From Octopus sinensis (Eukaryota): a stretch of 64,000 bases of DNA. The notes beneath the pieces are model-generated. The model saw nothing but the letters and a program-made list of their open reading frames with translations. It did no database searches and was not told where the DNA came from. The stretch covers positions 60,512,001-60,576,000 of the forward strand of contig NC_042999.1 of the NCBI RefSeq assembly GCF_006345805.1. Reading direction: 5' to 3'. The position numbers and the translations under genes are program-made. Shown here piece after piece: positions 12,139-24,898 of the stretch (the first letter of the stretch is position 1; each line of letters opens with the position of its first letter).

Positions 12139-12402
12139 CTCTCTTTACTCTTTTATTTGTTTCGGTCATTTGAATGCGGCCATGCTGAAGCACCGCCTTT
12201 AGTCGAGCCAAGCGACCCCAGGACTTATTCTTTGTAAACCTAGTACTTATTCTATCGGTTTCTTTTGCCGAAGCGCTAAGTTACGGGGACGTAAACACAC
12301 CAGCATCGGTTGTCAAGTGATGTTGGGGGGAGAGGCATAGACACACAAACACACTCACATATATATACGTATGCATATATACGACAGGCTTCTTTCTGTT
12401 TC
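12139..12402 (-). mobile_element. SINE family S1, 3' half
   Basis: Reverse complement of the GGCGGTGCTCCAGCATGGCCGCA...GAAACAAGTAAAAGAG tail and GACGTAAACACACCAGCATCGG body. Confidence 0.88.
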
Positions 12403-12689
12403 TGTTTAATATATATTCATATATATATGTATATTATATATAATTTTCGCGCGCGCCTGTATTTGTGCTTGTATATTATCTATCTAGCAAGCGTGGCCTC
12501 ATATCAGTGAGGGGGACCGGTGCGCATTGATGCCGTCGAGCGGTAGGCCCCGAAACGGCGAGCATTCTCTCCTGATGACCTCATACACTTGCTGGCTTCC
12601 GGTATACGGACTTTTGACTGGTAGCACTTGCATGTGCAAGTTGTTTGCAAGACATCACATATATATATATTCACAAACATATATTTATG

Positions 12690-12734
<45 letters not shown>

Positions 12735-13159
12735 CACAGACATGTATATATCTATATATAAAGAGATATACACATATATTTGCATATATATGTGTGTGCG
12801 TATGTGTGTATATGCTTGTATGCATACATGCATGTGTGTATATGCATAATCCCCAGTATTTTGCAAAATTTTACTCATGTTTGATATTGTCACGCATCAT
12901 TCCAACTGATGTCGTGACTTTGCAATGTTCAACATTATAGGTATATTTTTTTTCATTCTGTTACTTTCACTTCTCGCCCTCCCCTCCCCCCTCTCTCTCT
13001 CTTTCAGTTCCTGCATTTGTGCAAACATATTAGTGATAATGTCCACATAATACAACATAATAAATGTTATTTAAATGGGTAAAGTTCGGTGGACTCAATC
13101 TAAGCGCACTATCAAAGAAATAGAAAAAAAGTGCCATCAGTATTTCGTCAATCGCAGCG

Positions 13160-13351
13160 TAACAAGAAGAAAGAGTGAGAGAAAGTTGAGGCGAAAGAGT
13201 ACAACAGGGATCGCCACCACCCGCTGCCGGAGCCTCGTGGAGCATTAGGTGTTTTCGCTCAATAAACACACACAACGCTCGGTCGGGGAATCGAAACAGC
13301 GATCCTCCGACCGCGAGTCCGCTGCCCTAACCGCTGGGCCATTGCGCGTCC
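13160..13351 (-). mobile_element. SINE family S3, head and part of body
   Basis: Reverse complement of the GGAGGCGCAATGGCCCAGTGGTTAGGGCAGCGGACTCGCGGTCG tRNA-like head. Confidence 0.85.
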
Positions 13352-13479
13352 GCTTATTTGTATATAAAATACTGCAATTAACCGTTATAGCATTTAATGT
13401 GTGTTCTTGAATTTAAAGCGTCACTTCATGAAGAGTTTGATAGTATTGGTGATTTTTGTATATGCCAATTAAAACAAAT

Positions 13480-13870
13480 AGGCGCGTGCGTGGTTGTTTG
13501 GTAAGAAGTTCGCTTCGCATTCACGTAGTTCGATGTCAGTCTCACTGCGTGGCATCATGGGTAAGCCTCCTCTACTATAACCCCGGGCCGACTAAAGTGA
13601 GTGGATTTCATTGACAGAAAGTGAAAAAAGTCCGTCGTATATATACAAGTATATATATCTACGTGTGTATATATTTGTGTCTGTATGTTTCCTGCCATCA
13701 CCATTTGACAACCGATTTGTTTCTGTTTCCGTAACATAGTGGTTCGACAAAAGACAACGATACCTGGCTTAAAAATAAAGTACTGAGGTCAATTCATTCG
13801 ACTAAAAATTGAAGGCAGTGCCCAAGCATGGCCGCAGTCTAATGACAGAAACGCGTAAAAGAAAAGAGAA
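13480..13870 (+). mobile_element. SINE family S1, old full-length copy
   Basis: Diverged head AGGCGCGTGCGTGGTTGTTTGGTAAG through tail CCAAGCATGGCCGCAGTCTAATGACAGAAAC. Confidence 0.8.
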
Positions 13871-14469
13871 ATAGCACATGCATGTAATGGCATGTTCTTT
13901 ATTTCAGTTGTAGCAAATATTTCATAGAAAACCAATTTACCAATATGTTAGTTATATATTTAGAAATTTTCAGTGAAAATAGTTTAGTTAAATATGTACA
14001 CAATTTACACAACTGGAATGTTATGCTGATAAAGAAATGCAAGCCAACAAAAATTATTTTGTGAAATAGATGTCAGTAGGTCAAATGTTTGTTTTTGAAA
14101 TTCTATTAAGAATGAAAGGTACTAAAAAGAACCAGTGCAATTTGAAATCAGAAGGCAAAGGAATGCAACATATTTTATTTAGCTCTCAAGGGAATCTGCC
14201 TATCGCTCTTCATATAATATATGATTACTTCGTATCTAATCAAAATAATTTATGAAATCACTCACCGAAATTAATGCAACTTTGATTAAAAGTCATTAAT
14301 TTGGATTATGCCATTAAGATTAAACATAATTAAAAACGTTAAATCCAGAGCAAAAATGAGAAAAGGAAACTTCTAAAAATTTAAAGCTCTACAATCTAAT
14401 TCGGAACATCAAAGAGAAAACGTCTGCGTTGTAAAATAGAAGCTACTATAAATTGGTCTCAGGAAAGCA

Positions 14470-14950
14470 TTTGTTTTGACAGCTTTGCAGAAGGATTTAA
14501 AGAAAATAAAACGAGAAAAATTATGATGTGAGAGAAAAGAAAGTGAAATTGAACAGATATCACGCTACATGGCGAAGAGAAAATTAAAAACAAGATTAAC
14601 CTAGAAAAGCAGAAATAACGAAATAGAAAAGTACGACCAAAACAAAAATTGACGCAAAGAAGATGTGAGAACTCATAGAAAAAGATCAAAGCTCCTGATT
14701 CGAAAGAAAATAAAACAACCAGAAATATATGAGATTCAAGACGTCTGGAAGAAAAGAAACACGTGCAGATCAAATGAGTTCTTGCTGGCAGAAATTAACA
14801 CTATTATTCTGTATAAGGAACAAATACTCGAAGCATGTGTAGATTATATTACTGACATTTGTGAGATCACTGATACAAGAATTCAATAATAAGACAAAAA
14901 ATGGATTTAAAGAAATCAAATGTTCGAACAGATGTTATGTATGAAAAGGA
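14470..14950 (+). mobile_element. Possible RTE-type LINE ORF fragment (endonuclease-RT linker)
   Basis: ORF 14665-14889 ends ILYKEQILEACVDYITDICE, resembling the LxEKEQILxRWxEYIxxLYE linker of RTE elements. Confidence 0.45.
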
Positions 14951-15265
14951 ATGCAAATATCGTGTTGCTTTAATGGAGTCAACGTCACGTGTTATAATGG
15001 GATTGAACGACTAAAAGAATACGACTAAAGTAGGGGATAGCTAATGAAAGCTATATAGGATCATTTAGAAACTAGAAACTGCAGCCAAATCTCCCTTAGA
15101 TTACTACTAAACGACATTAGAAAACAAAAGAAAAATGAAGGCATTTAATTCTGCTTACACAGCGCAATTAGAACATGAGATAAAACTCACGGCTTCAAAA
15201 TAAGTTTAAAATAGGTGTCATGAAAGACTTTTGAATTGGGACCAACAATAATAGCAGCAACAATA

Positions 15266-15457
15266 GTGGAGGCGCAATGGCCCAGTGGTTAGGGCAGCGG
15301 ACTCGCGCTCGTAAGAACGCGGTTTCGATTCCCAGACCGGGCATTGTGAGTGTTTATTGGGCAAAAAATACCTAAGCTCCATGAGGCTCCGGTGAGGGGT
15401 GGTGGTGAACCCCGCTGTACTCTTTCACCACAACTTTCTCGCACTCTTTCTTCCTAC
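15266..15457 (+). mobile_element. SINE family S3, 5' part
   Basis: GTGGAGGCGCAATGGCCCAGTGGTTAGGGCAGCGGACTCGCG...GGTTTCGATTCCCAGACCGGGC, with A-box and B-box-like motifs. Confidence 0.88.
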
Positions 15458-15950
15458 TTCAGCCACAAAACAGAGGAACCATGGTGTAACCCACTATGGT
15501 GTGGTAAACTTTCAGACTCTAGTCTAGATTGCGAATCCTCTGTACCCCATGATGGTTCAGCTCTCCACCCGTTAAAAGCCACTGTTTACAGAATGAGGAT
15601 AACAACGTAGCTTTCGCGCCCGTGCAACCGCCAGTCTATCACGTGTGTTTTGGGTGGATCTTCAAGTTGCCACACGCATTCTTAGTAGCTTAGAGTACGC
15701 TTGAATTAGAGATTATTCTTTGTAGCTAATGGCGTGAGTCCTGACTGAAAGAAGAAGAACAACAACAAGAGATATGCGCAAAGCTTATTAGCTGTGTGAC
15801 CTGGTCACCGTTTGGGTGATTGAATTTTAAAAGAACAATCTTATACAAGTACTCAGAATCCTAGGAATAGGAGTAACATCTCTTAAAAATCACTCCTTAA
15901 CATTTTAAAAAGAATCGCACTTTGGATCATATTACAACGTTCCATACAGA

Positions 15951-16150
15951 AGGCGGAAGCTGGCAGAATCGTTAGCACGCCGGGCAAAATGCGTAGCGGC
16001 ATTTTGTCCGTCTTTACGCACGGGCTCGACTTTTCCTTTCATCCTTTCGGGGTCGATAAAATAAGCACCAGCTGACTACTGGTGTCGATGTAATCGTCTT
16101 AGCCTCTTTACGGAAATTGCTGCCCCCGTGGCAAAATTTGAAACCATTAC
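15951..16150 (+). mobile_element. SINE family S2 (tRNA head + Meta-domain-like body)
   Basis: GGCGGAAGCTGGCAGAATCGTTAGCACGCCGGGC head and TTTCATCCTTTCGGGGTCGATAAAATAAG body. Confidence 0.8.
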
Positions 16151-16229
16151 AACGTTCTATATAGTTTGAATATGATAAAAGATGCTCCGTTATAGTTGGA
16201 AAATCTTTCAGCATAATAGATTTGCACAG

Positions 16230-16235
16230 TCAAGG

Positions 16236-16280
<45 letters not shown>

Positions 16281-16417
16281 AACACGTGTATAAGATTACG
16301 TTCGTGTGTTTGTATATATTTATAAATAACTCTGACCACCCGACCTTCTGTCTGTCTATCTATCTATCTATCTGCTTATCTCTTTCTCCCCATATATGTA
16401 TACACACACACTCACAG

Positions 16418-16452
<35 letters not shown>

Positions 16453-16540
16453 ATATTATATATATATACATAATATATATATATATATAATATATATTAA
16501 TATATATATTATAATATACATATTATATATACATATATAT

Positions 16541-16590
<50 letters not shown>

Positions 16591-16635
16591 CATATATATA
16601 TACACATTATATATATATACATATAATATATACAT

Positions 16636-16676
<41 letters not shown>

Positions 16677-16708
16677 TATATATATACATATATAATAATA
16701 TATATTAT

Positions 16709-16774
<66 letters not shown>

Positions 16775-16952
16775 TTATATATATATATATAATATATATA
16801 TTACATATATATATATATATATACATATATAATATAATACATATATATTATATTATTATATATATATATATTACTATATTATAATATATATATATATACA
16901 TATATATATATACATATATATATATACATATATATAATATATATATATATAC

Positions 16953-17003
<51 letters not shown>

Positions 17004-17250
17004 TATATAATATATAATATAATATATATATATATATGTGTGTTTATATATATATATATATACATATGTACATATATATGTGTGTATATATAATATATAT
17101 ACACATATATACATATATATATGTGTGTATATATATATACACACATATATACATATATATATGTGTATATATATATACACATATATACATATATATAATA
17201 TTATATTATAAATATGTACGTGTGTGTGTGTAGGTATATACATACATAAA
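16230..17250. repeat. Compound (CA)n/(TA)n/TATC microsatellite block, ~1 kb
   Basis: Direct reading; source of many spurious YI-rich ORFs. Confidence 0.95.
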
Positions 17251-17269
17251 TACAACTTATTATTCTGGT

Positions 17270-17505
17270 ACTTCTTTTAGTTATTGAGCTGCTGCCTTGA
17301 TTGAGGACTCCTTTGAAGGAATTAGTCATTCAAATCGACTGCAGTTCTACTTGTTTACCGTCTGGTCCCTATTGTATCGCTCAGGATTTGTCGTACCGCT
17401 ATGTAATGCGGTCTTGTCCAAGGATGCAACACGTCGCCGGAATTCGAACCCACGACCTTACGATCGTGATTGAATACCCCTAATACCCAAACCACGCGCT
17501 CTCAT
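17270..17505 (-). mobile_element. Old tRNA-derived SINE
   Basis: On the + strand TTGTCCAAGGATGCAACACG...GGAATTCGAACCCACGACCTT, the reverse complement of a B box plus CORE-like segment. Confidence 0.6.
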
Positions 17506-17808
17506 CTTCGAATTGATAAATATGAATAGAGAAGAGTTTGAAATCCATATCTATTTTTATATAGAAAAATATGAATTGCAATAACGATGTCGCAATAGTA
17601 ATAAACAAAAGAACAAGCGTTATGCTGGCTCTTATAGATTTACCGAAAACAGATACAAACGTAAGTATTAGTAGGATAAGTGAAATGATGTATGCAGCAG
17701 CGACAGTAGTTAGAAGGCAGAACGTGGTCTTTCTCAGAAGGACAGACAGGAAAACTTAAACCAAGGGAAACAATTGTGGATTGCAAACAGAATCGCATAT
17801 ATATATAT

Positions 17809-17840
<32 letters not shown>

Positions 17841-20720
17841 ATGAAATATTCTCAAGTTTGAATGAAATCAATAGTGTATAAAGGCAAATAGAAATAAAGA
17901 CGAATACTGCACAATTATAACAGAACAAAATCAGAAGTCTTCGAAATAAAACAAAAACAGAAACGAAGCGTCTACAATTATGGATCCTTGAAAAATCGGA
18001 AAGAACTCATTTTTTTTTACGAAATGCGACGAAGATTACTTGTTACAAAAGAAATTGTTCGACCACAATCCGAAATGCTAGATTAAAAAAAAATTTTAAA
18101 TCAATATATAGCCAATGGCAAGAAAACTAGATGAAGTATAAGGAGGTGCGTAAATATAAAGAGAAAGAATGGAACGCGACGGATATGAATGTGCAGCATG
18201 TGAACAATGGACTGAAGAAATATTTTCTGCGTGAAGCCTGAGCGAAGGAAACAATAAGAATGCATCAGGATGTGATGCAGTTTGAATATTCTGGGTAAAG
18301 TAGGTATACACAAAGTGACTGGAAAATATTTGAAGAATTTGAAAAGAGAAGCAGAAAGAAAAGTATCTGAAAGAACGTTGAGGGGAAATTCACTTTGATT
18401 TTCTAGAGTGAAAAACAAAAATTAACAATTCCCTGAAACGAAGGATTCATATCCTTTGTGTCCGTTGCAGTTTACAAAGCTTGATTGCTCTAATAGATCA
18501 GAAGATAAATTATAACACGGGAAAGAGAACTGACTTCAACAGATCAAAAGATTCTAGAGCAATAGTTTTAAGTTCAATTAGTGATCAAAAAATGCCATAT
18601 CCCATATGTTAGTAACAGAAAGTATGTTCTGAGCATTGAATGATTTGTCTCTCAGAAAACTTAATCCTTGGCTATGGATTCTAGGAAATTTTAGCAAGTT
18701 CGTGCTACTGATAATTTACAATACATTATATGTGCAATAAGAGCACAGCAAACAATCTGCAAATACTATTTAAAGAGCAAGTTGTCCAAATTAACGAAAC
18801 CAGTAAATATTTGAAAAACAATATTCTAAAGATACTCTATACCACGATGTTATTTCAACTAACACACTGATAATAAATCAGACTAAACAGGAATAAAAAT
18901 GCTACGGAAAGACACAATTGTCCTTTGGATGTAGTGGATCTCAGCTTGGACGTTGTAGATAATCATTTCTAAATGTGGTTTAAATTAATATACAGATTCT
19001 TAGAAGAAATTATATATAATTTGGCATTCATCTTGGCAAACTTGGAGAAGGATAAGAATAATTAAATGCGCACATTAGCATTTAGAAAACACAAGGAACG
19101 GAATTAGACCATAGACAGGCTTAGAAAGTTTACGGAGTTACAGAAAAACACGAGTACAGCACAGCTTCAGTCTAGGTCTACGATCTGAGGAAACGCCTTT
19201 GTCCTAATGAAGTGATCCTAATTAGACACAAGAACTGTGGTTCCTTCCTCCATTTCTTCATTCCTTGAAGCTCTGTAGAAAGGTCTTCTTCTGAATAATC
19301 TAGAAAACAAAATATGACAGTTAAAGATTGTACATACCAAGATGTGAAAGAAGAAATTTAAGCATTTATCAATGCAGTCCACTGAGATCGCCCAACATTA
19401 CTTAAATAAATTGATTATCATTGCAGTAGTAATAATGATTCACCTGCGAATACTAATACTTATATATAAAGTCAATATCATCTACAAAGTTGTAATCGCC
19501 CACAGCCATAACGTTTGCAAAACGAATGTCCAAGATATCCAGAAAGTTTGACTCGTTTAAACGAAATGATTTAGAACGAATTAGCAACAGATGTACCATT
19601 CACAATACAGCTGTATGATGTCATCGCTAGGAATATTAAGACGAACATTTATCATTCCCATGAAATATGTCGTCAACGTTGAAATCCTTCCTGAAGATAA
19701 TAATTTCTGATTTAGGCTGAAGGACTGATATGTTTAGAGGACTGTTATCTGGAAACACTACAACTTGAATGGTACTTTGTTTTATCGAATAAGTTGAGTT
19801 GAATTGGTTATGAACTTAAAATGTAAAGATCCGGAGAAAATAGCAGAAGGCATTACGATTCTACCAGTTCGGCGACTTTACAGATTGTCCAATGTTACAG
19901 GTGAGCCCTACAGATTCTCCAGATATTTGCTTGGGGGCTAGCACTCCCACCAAATCTCTTAAGAAACATTAATCTCAGGAATCTACTCTAAATTTGTTTG
20001 ATCACATCGCCTCAACCCATTTTGTAATACGCATGCGCATACCCATGACAATGTAAACGTCCAATAGGATTTTAGATAAAACAATCGGAGAAACAAGGAG
20101 CTTGATACTAACTTGCTAACAATTGATCTAGCATTGCTGGATAACGATAAAATTATATACGGCAGCGCGATGTACTGATAAGTAATTACACAGCTCTTCT
20201 TAGTCATTGAAGACTGCAGGGGCTTTATACGTCGCTAACTCTGCAGAGTTTTCAGGCGATAAAATTTGCAGAAATGGCAAAATTTGAGAAAAATTTGTCC
20301 TATAAGTGAAGCTGCAACAAAAACCACTGTATGGCTTTGGTGTATGATGAATGAATCATGGAGAGTTGCTTGCAAAATATAAGTTGAGTGTGATCAATCA
20401 CAACTGAGATGCTTGAGTCGCCTGGGTAGCCTGGGTCCCACTGATTCACCTAAATCGTTTGGGTCACCTGGATCGCGTGGGTCATATCGGTTGCTTAGAT
20501 GAGGGTTTCCGATGTTGCTAGACCCTACTGATAAATCCCAGCTCATCCAAGAGATGTATATCAAACAAAACATTTTAATTGTTTAATTTTCCCTCAATCA
20601 AACAGTAATTATGTATACCTATTCCTGTGAAATTTACAAATCTACCAATAACAATAGACATATGTACGTTTCATAAAATATAACTAGGGATTATAAACGT
20701 AATGTGTTTCTTCTCAGGAT

Positions 20721-20882
20721 AGGCGCAGGAGTGGCTGTGTGGTAAGTAGCTTGCTTGCCAACCACATGGTTCCGGGTTCAGTCCCACTGCGTGGCACGTT
20801 GGGCAAGCGTCTTCTACCAGAGCCTCGGACCGACCAAAGCCTTGTGAGTGGATTTGGTAGACGGAAACTGAAAGAAGCCTGT

Positions 20883-20929
<47 letters not shown>

Positions 20930-21146
20930 ACGTGTGTGTTTTTGTGTGTCTGTGTTTGTTCCCCCAATATCGCTTGACAACCGATGCTGGTGTGTTTATA
21001 TCCCCGTAACTTAGCGGTTCGGAAAAAGAGACCGATAGAATAAGTACTAGGCTTACAAAGAATAAGTTCCGGGGTTGATTTGCTCGACTAAAGGCGGTGC
21101 TCCAACATGGCCGCAGTCAACTGACTGAAACAAGTAAAAGAGTAGA
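20721..21146 (+). mobile_element. SINE family S1, full length (resembles octopus OR-type CORE-SINEs)
   Basis: AGGCGCAGGAGTGGCTGTGTGGTAAG A box, GGTTCAGTCCC B box, TTGGGCAAGCGTCTTCTAC CORE-like domain, internal TA/GT repeat, GGCGGTGCTCCAACATGGCCGCAGTC tail. Confidence 0.92.
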
Positions 21147-21308
21147 GTAAAATAATATATACATTTAACCTTAAATATATGCAAGAATATGGTTAAGTGT
21201 TTTCTTTTTAAGAAGAAACGAAATTCTTGATACGCTTCTGAAATCATTAATATGAAGAAACATTGTGTGCATGTAAAGGATAAAATAAGCGAGTGGGAAG
21301 TTACAAGC

Positions 21309-22074
21309 TAGTGGTAAGGCGGCGAGCTGGCAGAAACTTTAGCACGTCGGGCGAAATGCTTAGCGGTATGTTGTCTGCGGTTACGTTCTGAGTTCAAATT
21401 CCGCCGAGGTCGACTTTACCTTTCATCCTGTCAGGGTCGATTAAATAAGTATCAGTTACGCACTGGGGTCGATATAAACGACTTAATCCGTTTGTCTGTC
21501 CTTGTTTGTCATCTCTGTATTTAGCCCCTTGTGGGTGGTAAAGAAATAGGTATTTCGTCTGCCGTTACGTTCTGAGTTCAAATTCCGCCGAGGTCGACTT
21601 TACCTTTCATCCTTTCGGTGTCGATTAAATAAGTACCAGTTACGCACTGGGGTCGATATGATCGACTTAATCCGTTTGTTTGTCCTCTCTGTATTGTGAG
21701 TGGTAAAGAAATAGGTAAATCGTCTGCCGCTACGTTCTGAGTTCAAATTCCACCGGGGTCGACTTTACCTTTCATCCTTTCGGGGTCGATTGAATAAGTA
21801 CCAGTTACGCACTGGAGTCGTTATAATCGACTTAATCCGTTTGTTTGTCCTCTCTGTATTTAGCCCCTTGTGTGTGGTAAAGAATTAGGTATTTTGTCTG
21901 CCGTTACGTTCTGAGTTCAAATTCCGCCGAGGTCGACTTTATCTTTCATCCTTTCGGGGTCGATTAAATAAGTACCAGTTACGCACTGGGGTCGATATCA
22001 TCGATTCAATCTGTTTTTCTGTCCTTGTTTGTCCCATCTGTGTTTAGCCCCTTGTGGGTGGTAAAGAAATAGGT
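21309..22074 (+). mobile_element. SINE family S2: one head followed by four tandem body units
   Basis: Units start at ~21368, 21552, 21717 and 21891 (165-184 bp). Flanked by the direct repeat AAGTTACAAGC at 21298-21308 and 22075-22085. Confidence 0.9.
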
Positions 22075-22307
22075 AAGTTACAAGCAAAGGAAGGAACCGG
22101 ACTATCATTATAAAATAAAGAGCGATTCACAGATAATTCGATTTATTCATTCAATTTCTCTCTTATACGAACACATTAATCAACGACATAAAAAAAGATT
22201 CTGCTACAAGAATGATTTGGTGCCAATCAATCAGCGGCGTAACTACATATGACGTTCACTGCTGAAGATTTCAACTAACCGAACATTCGGTTAAATACGA
22301 TGTAACA

Positions 22308-22672
22308 TGGGATGGAAGCACTCCGTCGGTTCGACGACGAGGGTTCCGGTTGATCCGGATCAACGGAACAGCCTGCTCGTGAATTTAACGTGTAAGTGGC
22401 TGAGCACTCCACAGACACGTGTACCCTTAACGTAGTTCTCGGGGATATTCAGCGTGACACAGAGAGTGACAAGGCCGGCCCTTCGAAATACAGGTACAAC
22501 AGAAACAGGAAGTAAGAGTGAGAGAAAGTTGTGGTGAAAGAGTACAGCAGGGATCACCACCATCCCCTGCCGGAGCCTCGTGGAGCTTTAGGTGTTTTCG
22601 CTCAATAAACACTCACAACGCGATCCTATGACCGCGAGTCCGCTGCCCTAACCACTGGGCCATTGCGCCTCC
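22308..22672 (-). mobile_element. SINE family S3, full length with TSD
   Basis: Complete head-to-tail match to 26162-26525; TSD ACGATGTAACA at 22297-22307 and 22673-22683. Confidence 0.92.
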
Positions 22673-23616
22673 ACGATGTAACAATCTCAGTTGTGAAAAT
22701 GATGTGAATTCCGTTTAGAAAGAACATCAAGATCACCTGAGCAAAAAGAATATACGTTAAAATCCAGCAAACGTACGTTCAATAAGGAAATAGAAATAAG
22801 AGAATTAGACGAAGGACAGACTTATAACTACTTCCAACAGAAAAGAAACAAACTCCTAGAGAATTATTAATATTATAGATTCATAAGAATAATACTTAAA
22901 ATATATATTTCTAAATTGTAATAAATTAATAATGTAATAGGTTTCAATACTCTTGCCATTCCATTAATAAGTTACATTTCGAATATTTCTCACCTGGCTC
23001 TTAAATAAACGTTTACGTACACATATCAGAAAATACAGAAAAAATGAAATAAATAAAAAAAATCATTTCTAAAATTTATATTTCTAGTGAACACAGTGAG
23101 ACAGAATTATTTTGCAACTAAGAAAAAAACGTGTTCTAATATATTTTACTGTAGGAATAAGAAAAAAAAAATACAAACACATTTAGTTAAATATGTATGA
23201 AAAGTAATACAGATTTCTACAACACATTAAGAACAAAATAAAGGAGTAAAACAGAATGAAACAGAATAAAATAACTAGTTTTTGTATCGAGAGAAGCCAA
23301 CAAAATAGAAATATAGAACAGAGGCTGGGATAACACCCAGCTGTGATGAAGATGGAGAAATAATAACAAAATGCAATGAAAAAACTCCAACAACTTAAAA
23401 CTACGTATGAAACTAGAATATGTCATGTTAAGAATTGGCAAGATTAAACATAGTAGATGTGTATAAAGAAAACGCTCAGCTCTGGCAGAGAACCCCAGGA
23501 TTCAAAGCTGGAAAATAGCCCAACTATTATACTTCAAGTCCATTCCGAGAATATGTTTCCTAATTGACATATTATTTCAAAGAAAGACAACCTACATACT
23601 CACACACACGAACACA

Positions 23617-23667
<51 letters not shown>

Positions 23668-23774
23668 ACACAGATACAAACAAGTACGTATATATGTATG
23701 GATATGCGTGTGAATGTAGAGGTGCGTGTGTGTATGTTCGCATATGTGCGTATGTACATAAGTATGTATGTGCG

Positions 23775-23816
<42 letters not shown>

Positions 23817-24268
23817 CATATATGCATGTGCGTATCTATGTGTATTATTGAGAGAAGATACCATGTTACTTAAAAAGAAACCTAGATATAGAGATATCCA
23901 GAATGTGAGGATTGAATATAGATATAATCTTAATAATTGGTGCGTCAGAAATGATAGGAAGGGATGTATGTAAACATAACAAAAACCCCAGAAGATATAT
24001 ACTATAATAACACAGAAAATAGCGTAATGGAAGCACCCTTTACGTAGTAGGTCACCCTGTGAGAATTAACAACTAAATATCCTTGAAATCACACACAACC
24101 CACTGAAATCTGGATACACTAGATCATACTGCCGTACTTGCATTATTTCTGAATAGGAAACATGATGGGCTCGGATGGATTAATTTTCATCATAGCTCTG
24201 CCTGATCAGGGTTTATCTTGTGGATATCATCGACTTAGATAATTTTAAAGAACAATTCTAGGTAATGT

Positions 24269-24573
24269 TTGTTTGTTCCTTCTCGAGCCATGCCTGGCTC
24301 ATCAGGGCCGGTTTCCCGGTTTTCTTTGGCGTATAGGTTTCCCACCTAGACGGGGGGGCCAGTCCGTCGCAGGTAAGCTGCAATATGCAGGAGGAAAGCG
24401 TGAGAGAAAGTTGGGGCGAAAGAGTCAGCAGAAGTTCGCCATTACCTTCTGCCGGAGCCGCGTGGAGCTTAGGTGTTTCGCTCATAAATATACACATCAC
24501 CTGATGTGAGATTGAAGCCGTGATCCCTCGGCAGCGTGTCCGCTGCTGTAACCATTAGGCTATGTGCCTCCAC
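24269..24573 (-). mobile_element. Hybrid SINE: S3-type head and body with S4-type tail, with TSD
   Basis: S3-like head/body (CTAAGCTCCACGCGGCTCCGGCAGAAGG) joined to a CTGCGACGGACTGGC...GAAACCGGGAAACCGG tail. TSD CTAGGTAATGT at 24258-24268 and 24574-24584. Confidence 0.8.
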
Positions 24574-24656
24574 CTAGGTAATGTAGATATATTGATCTCT
24601 CTCTCTCTTTCTCTCTCTCTCGTTCACACACACACACACACACACACACACATCGT

Positions 24657-24863
24657 GACGCTCCGTCGGTTACGACGACAAGGGTTCCAGTTGATCCGAT
24701 CAACGGAACAGCTTGCTCGTGAAATTAACGTGCAAGTGGTTGAGAACTCCACAGAAACGCGTACCCGTAACGTAGTTTTCGAGGAGATTCAGCGTGACAA
24801 AGAGTTTGACAAAGCTGGCCCTTTGAAATACAGATACAACAGAAACAAGAAGAAAGAGAGAGA

Positions 24864-24898
<35 letters not shown>

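Noticed and set aside
12485-12640. GC-rich patch containing GCCGTC, GAAACGGC and CTGATGA (hammerhead-like parts)
   Set aside because: Helix III pairs, but the order of parts and stem II do not give a valid type I, II or III topology. At most an eroded PLE remnant.
15266-15345. tRNA genes at SINE heads (S1-S4)
   Set aside because: A and B boxes are present, but each head runs into SINE body and tail sequence and no full cloverleaf with acceptor stem was found.
16286-17255. Many 60-195 aa ORFs rich in YI, CV, HT, LS, ER, poly-L/I/Y/N (here and throughout the window)
   Set aside because: They are translations of TA, CA, GA, TACA and TAA microsatellites, which lack stop codons in some frames.
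20410-20490. Short 9-bp-period GGGTCACCT-like repeats (collagen-like or DPxDPG coding?)
   Set aside because: Only a few degenerate units, no sustained Gly-X-Y frame and no splice context.
21368-22074. Regularly spaced repeats as a CRISPR-like array
   Set aside because: The units are whole repeated SINE bodies with no unique spacers, in a eukaryotic context.
24283-24310. CTGATGAGCCAGGCATGGCTCGAG on the minus strand as a hammerhead
   Set aside because: No GAAA or helix III follows. It is the GAGCC/GGCTC stem-loop of the SINE tail.
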